A stretch of 64,000 nucleotides of DNA from a bacterium (GTDB lineage: Bacteria; Hinthialibacterota; Hinthialibacteria; Hinthialibacterales; Hinthialibacteraceae): assembly GCA_963663405.2 (NCBI GenBank), contig CAXXSM010000160.1, forward strand, positions 11,866-75,865, read 5' to 3'. Within the stretch, counting starts at the first letter, position 1. Every line of letters starts with the position of its first letter. Below are positions 28,503-38,600 of this stretch, in pieces. The position numbers were made by a program, and so were the translations under genes. The notes beneath the pieces are model-generated. The model was not told the origin of the DNA, did no database searches, and saw nothing but the letters and a program-made list of their open reading frames with translations.

Positions 28503-29525
28503 TTATTCCAGCGTCTGTATCGATTGCGCTTCATCAGGCCTGAGCGCGAATTCGGCGCCATCTTCACCGGTCAGCACGAGGCGGCCCGCCTCGTCGATCG
28601 ATTTTGTAAATACCACCATTTCTCTACCACGTACTTTTAGCCGGATCGTCTTGCCCAGCGTGGAGGAGTATCGCTTCCAATAGCCTCTAACCGTCTCTCC
28701 CCCGTCGTAACGCATCGCTTCCCAAAGACTCTCCCAAGTTGAGCCGCACTGCGCGAGCAACAGATCCCGCCGCCATTCATCCGGGCGCAGCATGGCGAGA
28801 GAGACGGCGGTTGCGCGGAGATCGGGCGGCCAATCTTGCGGCGCGCTGTGGATATTCAATCCAAGGCTGATCAAAAGGCGCCGGTTTTGTTCATCCCGTT
28901 CCACTAGGACGCCGCCCAGTTTCTTTTTGTGTGCCATCAAATCATTGGGCCATTTTATTTTAACGGGAATTTGGTATGCGGTGTCCAGTACGCGCGCTAC
29001 TGCTGTCACCGCGTAAAGTGAGAGAAGGGAAGGGGATAGTTGCCATTCGGGGATAGCCGCGAGAAAGGTAAGGAGCAAGTCTTTGCCTTTAGGGGAAATC
29101 CACGGCGCCCCAAATCGCCCGCGTCCTTTTGTTTGCTGGTTGGCGGCGATAACGGTTCCATGCGAATCCGCCTGTCCCGCCAACGTCTTTGCGAGATCGA
29201 TTGTTGAGGTGATCTCATCGCCCACAAGAATCCGTTTACCCCACCACCGGGTTGAGAGACGCGCCGTGACTGTGTCTGGATGTAACAGCCGTTCCCGTGG
29301 TTCGTAATAGAATCCATAAGAGGGGCGGTAGTTAATCCGAATCCCTTCGGCCTGTAACACCGCAATAGTTTCGGTGACGGTCAATTCATCCAAGCCGGAT
29401 TTCCCCATGAGGGTATCCAGCGAATAAAACGCAAGTGGGCGATCGATCAAAAAGCGGAGAAGAGCGGTCTTCTCCGGCGTATTAATCAGACATTCCTGTC
29501 CGGCGATGGTGATGGTTTGTTTCAT
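28503..29525 (-). CDS. birA: Biotin--[acetyl-CoA-carboxylase] ligase with N-terminal HTH-like region
   Basis: ITSTIDLA, ANQQTKGRGRFG..W.SP, IKWPNDL, KKLGGVLVE and GLN motifs. Confidence 0.93.
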   Translation of the reverse strand: MKQTITIAGQECLINTPEKTALLRFLIDRPLAFYSLDTLMGKSGLDELTVTETIAVLQAEGIRINYRPSYGFYYEPRERLLHPDTVTARLSTRWWGKRILVGDEITSTIDLAKTLAGQADSHGTVIAANQQTKGRGRFGAPWISPKGKDLLLTFLAAIPEWQLSPSLLSLYAVTAVARVLDTAYQIPVKIKWPNDLMAHKKKLGGVLVERDEQNRRLLISLGLNIHSAPQDWPPDLRATAVSLAMLRPDEWRRDLLLAQCGSTWESLWEAMRYDGGETVRGYWKRYSSTLGKTIRLKVRGREMVVFTKSIDEAGRLVLTGEDGAEFALRPDEAQSIQTLE

Positions 29526-30949
29526 TTCTTTTTGGATCGATCCTCTTGCTTAAGCCGTTCTTTCCTGCGTTCGTCCCAAGTTTTCATGCGGTCTTGAATT
29601 TTCTTTTCAAACCCCCGGTCTGTGGGTTCATAAAAGACGGTTCCTTTTAATTTGTCCGGCAGATATTCTTGTGTAGTAATCGCGTCTTCGAAGTCATGCG
29701 CGTATTGATACCCTTTGCCATATCCAAGATTTTTCATCAATTGAGTCGGCGCGTTGCGGATATGCAGCGGTGTGGGTTGATAGCCGAATTCTTTCACCGC
29801 GGCGGTGGCTTTCGAGAAAGCCGTGTAGATGGCGTTGCTTTTGGGCGCGGTCGCGAGATAGACAGCGGCTTCCGCGAGCGCCAGTTCTCCTTCCGGTGAA
29901 CCAAGATATTGGTAGGCGTCGCGCGCGGCGAGCGCCAGCAGTAACGCATTTGGATCGGCCAGCCCAACGTCTTCATAGGCGAAGCGAACGATTCGCCGCG
30001 CCACATAGAGCGGATCTTCCCCCGCTTCCAACATCCGCGCCAGCCAATAGAGCGCGCCTTGGGGATCGCTGCCCCGCATGCTTTTATGCAGGGCGGAAAT
30101 CAGATTGTAGTGCTCCTCTCCTGATTTGTCATAAAGGATTCGCTTATCCTGCAGGGCTTTTGAGGTGTTCTCCCATGTCAACTGTGGTTCCGATGTTTCG
30201 TCTTGCAGCGAATGGACAATTCGTTCGAGCGATGTCAGCGCCACCCGCGCGTCTCCATGCGAGACGGAGACGATCGCCTGCAGGGCCTCATCGTCAGCGT
30301 GAACCTTTATTCCCTCTTTGGTAAGCGTCTCTAGTCCCCGTTTTAAAATGGTCGTCAGGTGTTCCGGTTCCAGAGTGGAAAGTGTGAAGACCGTCACACG
30401 GGAGAGAAGCGCGCCATTCACCTCGAACGATGGATTCTCCGTCGTCGCTCCGATTAAGGTGATCAGTCCGGTTTCGACGTGGGGCAGCAACGCGTCTTGT
30501 TGGCTTTTGTTCCAGCGGTGGATTTCATCGATAAAGAGGATTGTTTTTGTCTGCTGAATTGCTCGCGCCTGCTTGGCTCGTTCAATGATTTTTCGCAGAT
30601 CTTTGATTCCGCTATCCGTCGCTGATAGTTTCAGGAATAGGCTTTTAGAAATCTGCGCCAGCAGTAAAGCCAGGGTCGTTTTTCCACTTCCTGGTGGTCC
30701 CCATAAAATCATCGAAGGAATGCGGTCCCGTTCAATGGCTTTGCGAAGCGGGCGGTCTTCCCCCAGAATCGTATCCTGACCGGCTATGTCCTCCAACCGC
30801 TGGGGACGCGTCCGTTCCGCCAAAGGCGCGTTAGGAGATGGTTCCTTTCCCTCCTCTGAAAAATTCTCCCCCGTTGGGAAAAAAGTGCCTTGGTAATTGA
30901 TTGTATCCAAACGTTGATCTTTCCTGTATCTGGATTTTATCCGAAACAA
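29522..30949 (-). CDS. rarA: Replication-associated recombination protein A (RarA/MgsA); start uncertain
   Basis: PLAERTRP, ILWGPPGSGKTTLA, FIDEIHRWNKSQQD, GATTENPSF, HYNLISALHKSMRGSD and YLATAPKSN. Confidence 0.96.
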   Translation of the reverse strand: MFRIKSRYRKDQRLDTINYQGTFFPTGENFSEEGKEPSPNAPLAERTRPQRLEDIAGQDTILGEDRPLRKAIERDRIPSMILWGPPGSGKTTLALLLAQISKSLFLKLSATDSGIKDLRKIIERAKQARAIQQTKTILFIDEIHRWNKSQQDALLPHVETGLITLIGATTENPSFEVNGALLSRVTVFTLSTLEPEHLTTILKRGLETLTKEGIKVHADDEALQAIVSVSHGDARVALTSLERIVHSLQDETSEPQLTWENTSKALQDKRILYDKSGEEHYNLISALHKSMRGSDPQGALYWLARMLEAGEDPLYVARRIVRFAYEDVGLADPNALLLALAARDAYQYLGSPEGELALAEAAVYLATAPKSNAIYTAFSKATAAVKEFGYQPTPLHIRNAPTQLMKNLGYGKGYQYAHDFEDAITTQEYLPDKLKGTVFYEPTDRGFEKKIQDRMKTWDERRKERLKQEDRSKKK

Positions 30950-31075
30950 ATTGTGAGAATTATTTAATATGTTAAAAACATTTTATATCTGACTCTGTCT
31001 TCCAGGTACCTTTTTATCGCCTTGTCTTTAAAATAGGGAGAAATTATTAACAAATTATCAAATGAATTGTACTCC

Positions 31076-32620
31076 ATGACGAACCAATACTCTTCCTTTC
31101 CTTTTCTTGTCTTGACGACTTTTTTGGCTTGGGTGATCGCTGATCTAACGCCACTGGTTTTGTCTGGTTTTGTTCTGCCGTATTCAATCTTGGCGCTGGT
31201 CGAGGGAATTCTGCTCCTCCAGCTGCTTCTCGCATGGAATGCAAGCGAAAACCGGCTTTCCATTGGAATGTTGGTGTTATTCGTTCTTTTATTCGTTCTG
31301 CGGATTGGTTACCGGACGGTGGACTCGACAAGTTTGCTGTGGGGATTGCGCATGGCGGCGGTTCATAATCCTTTTCTCGGATTCATAGTGTATACCATTG
31401 GAATCGCGGCGCTTCATCCGGACGCGTATGCGGGTGTCCAGCGTATCGCTTTGGAGGTCGCGGCCTGGTCCAAGCAAAAACGAATCATCTATTTCACCGG
31501 TTGGCTGCTGATCCTTGGATTTCTGTTCTGGGCGCTGCGATCCAAGAATATTTCCCGCGATGGGCAGGATTGGATTCTCCGGACGATCCATCCAGTCTGG
31601 CATTTATACATGCGGGAACCTTTAACGATTGGTTTATATAGGCTGGTATTTTGTATTGCGCGGCCGTTGACGTACTGTACGAGTTACCATGTCATTGCAG
31701 GACTTTCGATGGTATCCGGAGTGTGGGGCCTCTTTTGGTACGACAGGTTCTTGAAAGATAAATGTGGGGATACGCATGAGCGTATTCTGGGTTGGCTCCT
31801 ACTCTTGTCGACAGGAGGCTTACTAGTCCTTTTCTTTGGACACATGGAGGTTTATCCCATCCTTATTGGAGGCTTGTTCCCCACCTTTTACTTTGCAAAT
31901 CGATATTTGACGGGGCAAGTAGGGATCGTTCCGGTTGCGCTCTTCTTTTCGATCGCGTTTTTGCTGCATCTCTCAGCGGGTTGGCTCTTGCCGGCGTTTC
32001 TTTTACTTCCATTTTTTAAGCGGAAACGAACTTCAACGGCGTGGGATTGCTTTCTCTTTCTCGCGTTGTATGGCTCTGTGCAGATTCTCTTTTGGACATT
32101 CCTTTTCACAATCTATTATGGAGCCGATCCAGCGCGATTCTTCGCTCGTTTGCATGAGACGTTTTTCGTCGGGCCTGATCGCGCGATGTTTCTGCCGGTG
32201 AGTGTGTGGTTTCATCCCTGGCGGTTGTGGGATTTATGCAATGAATATTTATATCTATCCATCCCTTCGATTCTATTGACGCCCATTGCGATGTGCGCCT
32301 GGTTCCGGCGCCGGCGCCGCGAGGATGGATTTTGGATTCTTGCGTTTGCAGGATATTTTGTATACAGCGCCGTCTGGAATCCCGATCGGGGTTTCCCAGA
32401 GGATTGGGATCTCTTTTCCCCTCTTACGCTCCTATCCCTTTATCTTTTGATTCATATGCTGATCGGCGCCGATCGATCACCCAACCAATCGAATGATTCA
32501 GAACCATCGATCCACAACCGGACGTGTCTTTATGTTTATCTCGTTTCGATGGGAACGTTCCCATTTGCTCTCGCGCAGATATGGTATCACCATATCACGC
32601 CGTTGTTTCGGTTTGGATGA
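31076..32620 (+). CDS. Polytopic membrane protein, possibly GT-C fold glycosyltransferase-like
   Basis: About 13 hydrophobic segments with periplasmic-loop motifs SRDG, FFGHMEVY, LLHLS and EDWDLF. The function is inference. Confidence 0.6.
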   Translation: MTNQYSSFPFLVLTTFLAWVIADLTPLVLSGFVLPYSILALVEGILLLQLLLAWNASENRLSIGMLVLFVLLFVLRIGYRTVDSTSLLWGLRMAAVHNPFLGFIVYTIGIAALHPDAYAGVQRIALEVAAWSKQKRIIYFTGWLLILGFLFWALRSKNISRDGQDWILRTIHPVWHLYMREPLTIGLYRLVFCIARPLTYCTSYHVIAGLSMVSGVWGLFWYDRFLKDKCGDTHERILGWLLLLSTGGLLVLFFGHMEVYPILIGGLFPTFYFANRYLTGQVGIVPVALFFSIAFLLHLSAGWLLPAFLLLPFFKRKRTSTAWDCFLFLALYGSVQILFWTFLFTIYYGADPARFFARLHETFFVGPDRAMFLPVSVWFHPWRLWDLCNEYLYLSIPSILLTPIAMCAWFRRRRREDGFWILAFAGYFVYSAVWNPDRGFPEDWDLFSPLTLLSLYLLIHMLIGADRSPNQSNDSEPSIHNRTCLYVYLVSMGTFPFALAQIWYHHITPLFRFG

Positions 32621-32675
32621 TCGCAACCGAAAAGATTTTCAATTACTAAGAAAAATACTAAGCAAGAAAAATGGA

Positions 32676-35600
32676 TTAATAAATCATCCAACACTCCACC
32701 TGTGTCGGCAGGTCCGTTGCGGTAATCGTTCCATTCTCGATATTGATGGGGATCTCGTTAAGATTGATATCATACGCCGCCAGGTTCGCGAATGTAAGTG
32801 GCGATGTCTTGACGTCGGCTTCAGGATCTAATTGATATTCCAGCGTCATGACGGAACCATCCCCCGTGAATCCCGATGCGCGAATCCAATTGAAGCGCGC
32901 AAGTCCCCGGATGGCAGGTAAAGATCCAGGATTGAATGTATGAAGCGTATTCGGCGCGAGAGGATCGATTGTCTCATCCATGAGCATGAGTTGAGACGCG
33001 TCGTATTCAATATCAAACGCCAGATTCCCCAACTCGGAAGCGTTTGAAACGGTTACATCGAGAGAGGTCGTTTCGCCACGGGAAATATCGGCGGAACTCA
33101 TAGATAGCGTAATCGGATCGCCGGTCGCGAGTGTCCGCAAAGATCGGTGGGACGCGGTTGCGTTCGATTGAGCGATTTCGTTGGAAAGCGCGCTCAACGC
33201 GCCCAGGTTTTTCAAGATAAATTTATCGAGTCCATAATTCGGTTGCATGGAATCGAACGCTGTATAGGTTAAACGGTTGGGAAGGCCGCTTGAACCGATG
33301 GCGTAAATCTCTTTTCCTCCATCCCGGTCAGAGGAGAAGAGAAGCGTTCCCTCATAATAATTCTCACTGATTCGGGCTAAAGCCCATTCCGGATCATCAT
33401 CGTTCGCGAGATTGTATGTATAGCGGCGGAGAGTTCCGGAAGTCAAATTGATTGAATAGATTTCCGGATTTCCATCCCGGTCGGAGACAAAGGCGATTTC
33501 ATCGCTCGTATGGGTACCCCAAACGGGCTTGTAATTATTTCCTACGCCGTCAGTCAGCTGCCGTGGATTGGCGCCATCCGCGTCCATAAGCCAAATATCC
33601 ATATTCCCGCCACGATCGGAAGTGAATGCGATCGTGCTTCCATCATAGGACTCTGCGGGATGCCGGTCGATCGCTGGATTGACTGTCAAACGCTCCGGTG
33701 GGGGTGGTGGAACGAAGGCGCGGATCATATAGGGATTCTCTATATCAAGCGTATCCCACCATTCATATTCACTCGACCAAATCCGGCTATTATAGTATTC
33801 ACCAGAGGCTGAACAGCCAATTTCGGGTCTATTGTCTTCTAGAAAAACAATAGCGACGAAAAAGTCTTCGGGAACTTCGATCGGTTCTAGATCGACGGAA
33901 AACCATCCGGTTTCAGCCGGATTCGCCGTTCCTTCCGCTAGAATCGTATCCGATGGAGAGAAACGATCCCATTCGTGTATTTTCCATCCAAACCGCGCCG
34001 GTTGTCCGGCGATGTAGAACGAGATGCGGCGCAGTGTAGACGGTTTGACAGAGAATCGCACACCCAACATATCGCCCGCGGCTCCAGTCGCAATGCTGCT
34101 GAAAATCCCATCATCATAGGCAATGCTTCCAAAAGGAGTTTCTAAATCGAGTTCGGAACGGTATATCTCCGGATTGCCATCTCGTTCAGAAACAAATACG
34201 ATGCTGGTTGATTCGTCGCGCCAGGATGGATCGTAATCCGCGGCGGGATCGATTGTAAACTGTTTGGGTTCTGTCTCATCCATCTGGAGGACCCATAGAT
34301 CCTGATTCCCGCTTCGCTCGGAGGTGAACAGCATTGTATCTCCGGATGGATTTAATTGCGGATCGAAATCGTTCGCGGGATCAGACGTTATTTGAATCGG
34401 TGTCTCCAGCGCGCGGGAGAAGAGATAAATATTTTGATTGTCCGGCGTCCCGGATGTAAAGACAAACGGTGGATCGTACGCCTCATTGCCTTCACTCAAA
34501 TTGACAGGGCCGAATTCCGATGTGTTGCCATTGGGATGAATGACGATCGCATGATATTCAAATCCCATCGGCCGGGCGCACTCGGCGTAGAATCGCTGAT
34601 TGCGGACGGTGGCTTTTCCTATCATCATTTCCCCTTCATCCGCGAAATCGGCGTAGATTTCAACTACGCTTCCATTCGGCGCGCCATCCGCCGCGCCACG
34701 CAGTTTTTCCGTTCTTCCTGGCAGAATCCAGTCGATCACGGGCGCGGTAATATTATTGTTGCCGCCTTGCAGATTAATTCCTTTCATATTGTTGTCTGTG
34801 ATCATATTGCGGCTGATGAAGTTACGATTCGAACTCCCTCCTTCGATCATAATTCCATCCCGCCGGTTTTCGAGGATCATATTCCCTACGATAACGTTGC
34901 TGTTGGCTCCGTCTCCGATCATGATTCCATGATCGCTGTTGCCTTGAATCACATTCTTTCTGATTTCCACTTTCTTGACGCCATCACTCAGTTGAATACC
35001 GTGTCCATTGGCGGTATAGCTGGAATCGAATAAGGAATAGGAGCCACCGATGATATTGTTATAAATAAAAACCTGCGTGTTGGCGCCCTCTGCGATAATC
35101 CCCGCCAGCCCATTGCCTTCGATATAGTTACCTTCCTGCTCGGTCAGACCACCGATCCAAATCCCTTTGCCTCCATCCACTTGAACGCCGATCCCATCAA
35201 AGAAGGTGTTATCAAAGATTTCGCATTCTGAAATTTGAACCGTGCGAGTGTTACTTCCCTGAATCCAAACACCATACGATTCATTGTCATGAATATATAC
35301 CTCACTCCCCTTGCCGCTGCTTCCTACATATATGTCTTGGGAATCTTTGATGTTCAATCCCGCGATCTGGTTGCTGTACAGTTCTAAGAGTTCATCATAT
35401 CCAGCTAGATAGACATGATCTGAATTTTCTATATATACTCCACTCTTATTGTTCCTTTCGCAGGTTACGCTCGTTAAATAGATTTCCGAGGAATTGTTAA
35501 TGATCGAAATTCCATCCCCCCGGTTTTGATCAATGATACAGCGGGTGACATCAATGAATTTGGAATCGTCGATCACCATTCCCGTCGAATTTTGTTGGTT

Positions 35601-38600
35601 ATTGAACGTGATTTCATCCACGAGAATGTCCGTGCAGCCACGCATGATCAGGCCTTCGTTGGTATTGACCCAGATAAGAGACGAATCTCCTTGTATAGTC
35701 ATATTGGCGCAGTTCTCTAAAACCATCCCCTTATCTGAACACCGGTAGATGACAGTGTCATCGAACAGGATGTCGTGCGCCTTCTCGGCGAGAACGCCGA
35801 TTTGGGTCGCGTCTTGGATGACATTGCCTGAGAAAAAGTGATTACTGCAATCTTCACCGGAGAGATATACATTCACATTAAAGGATTTAATTTCATTATC
35901 GAAGATATCAATTCCCCAGGAATTATCGATCAGCAGACCGTACCCATTGGGGTAATAGGGGTAGGATGGAAATTCTTCCCCCGCGGCTACGAACGGAATG
36001 AATCCGAGTGTATTGTCTTCTATCAATGCGGACGAGAAAGGAAGCCCCATTTCTGGAATTAGATCATCGATAAGGATCCCGCCTTCTCCGTTATTTCCAA
36101 TCGCATTGCTGAGAATCATGTTATAGGGCGCGTTGTTCATGATGGCGACGCCGAACAACCGGTTCAATTTTCGATCGGTCAAAACATGGGCTTCAGAACC
36201 GATTGTGCACTGTTCGATTACGTTGAACATCGTGCCGGCGCCATCGATCATTACACCATTCCCGTCATTATCTTTTATGATCAGGTTTTGGATTAAATTA
36301 AAATTGGCGCCTTCGTGAATCAATACACCATCGCCGCCGTTCATGGCGTTCGCGTTTGGGTATAGTTCTTCCGAATAGTTTTGAATGCCGATTGAACCTC
36401 CCACAAAAACATTTCCATACGTCATTTCCCCCTCGAGAACAATCCCGTGGCTTCCATTCCCCATGATCCAATTCTGATCGAACCGGTTCTGATTTGAGCC
36501 TCCAAGGATCCATACACCATACTTCTTATTCCCAGCAATAATTCCTGATGGAGTCGAATTGAAGTCCGTATCTTTCCATCCCCCTGCGTATAGGGAAGTA
36601 AATGTGTTTAATTGAGTTTTTTCTCCTGTAAGCGCAACTCCGCAGTCATTGTTATTGAGAAAGGCGCCATTCGTCTCGTTCATCTGAGAGCCGTTTAAAA
36701 TATATAGACCGTTCTTGGGATTGTTGGCGGATATAATGGATTCCAACTTGTTATAAGTGGAATCATCCAACACAATCCCATGCCCATCTTTGGTGTTGAT
36801 GGCTTGGATTGCGCTTAATGTGTTATCGTCACTTTGGTCGAGAGTGACTCCGCTGGTCTGGCATTTGTCAGCGGTAATCTTATTGCATTGGTTGCCATAC
36901 GATTTTTGGATATAGACGCCGTTCGCGCAGTTTTCAATCGTGAGAGTGTCACTCGTTTTTTCTGGATAATTTTGTGTCAAGCCAGAGACGGTATTCCCGT
37001 TTGTTTCTTTTAATTCCACGCCGTACTGGCTACAGTTATCGATTTTTTCAACTTCAATGACATTCAATTTCCCCTTGTTGACACTCACACCGCTGCTGTT
37101 CTGGAAGCCGGAGAGATGGAGAGTCATCAGAGTGTTTTCCTGTCCGTCTTCGATAAGAACGCCTTTCCCGTCCCAAGGATACAGTTTGGCCTTGACGATG
37201 TTTTTCCCTCCGCCGTTAATGTGAACAACATTGCCTCCACTGCCTTTCACAGTCACGGAATCATCAATCTGATTCCCAAAACCTTTTTCAATCCAAATCC
37301 CCGCTTGAGAGCCGGTCTGTAGAGACAATGTGCTGCCGCTGATGTGCGCTGAACTGCCTTCGAACTTGATGGGCTGTGAACTGTTTATGATCCCATTGAT
37401 GATGTAACATCCATCCAGCAACGCGATCGGCCGGGGGAATTGATATTGCAGAATTACATTGCTTGACATTTCAATCCGGTCCAACTGACCGAGGCGCAAC
37501 TCTTCCCCTGCGTTATATGTCCCTGGATTCAGAATTCGGATCAAATCGGCTACGTCTTTTCCCGTGTAACTCTTATAATCGGTGAGAGGGGAATTATAGA
37601 CGGAAACTAGATCCCCTTCTTCCAAGGTGTGTCCTGTATCGGTGTCCAGGTTCTCATCATACATGGGAACCAGTTCTTTTCTTCCCCCTTCCAGATTGTA
37701 GTGATTTTGACGGATGTGTTTTCGGATTTCATGGGCGGGGCCGTTACTGGTTCCTAGTTTTTTGGGAGGATCGATAGCGCCGGCGATCCATTGTTTATCA
37801 TAAATGGGTTTCCCATCCGCGTCTTCACCAATTTTTACATTCTGTTGGAAATAGTTATGTATTTGTTCTTCGTTTTCATCATCCCAGACGATTCCTCCAG
37901 ATAAGGCAAATGGATTCTCTTTTCCACTGGCGAACGCCACCGCCTCGTCAAATGATATGTTTCCATTAGGGTTGAGCCCGGAGGATGTATCGGTCACGGT
38001 GATCGTCGCGTTCCCACCCGTCAGCTGTGGCGCGGCGGGAATGACAACGCCTGGATTCTTTTTGATCGTAATTTGATTCGACAATCCCGCTGCATTCCAG
38101 ACCTTCACGGGCAGGGATTCATTATCATCACCTACGGTTGGCATCCGGAATGTAAGCCGGCTCTTTTGAGCCGAATCAGGACGGTACCACCGGTCTTTCA
38201 CGGATACCCATGTCTCGTGCAGATTGTCACCGGTGAGAACGATCGATTCCCCGGCCATCGCTTCGGTTACATTTTGATTTTGGATGACAGGTGGTCCCAG
38301 AACTTTGAAAGGGATATGAGTGGATTCTTTCCCCGTGATTGGCGAGCGGACGTAAATCTCTGTATCACCCGGATCGATCGCAGGGACGCGAACCCCCAGT
38401 TTGTTTCGATATTTCTCAACAATCGTGCCTTGTTTATCGCCGAAATAGACGTAATCGAGTCCGTCGAAAAAAAACTCGTAACCCGTAATTGTAATAATAC
38501 TGCCGCCGGTATCCGAGATATAAATTCCAGATGGAACGTTGGTGATTGCCGAGTAGCCCTCCGCTGGTTTGACGCTTTCGATGAATGGAGCAGGATCGTA

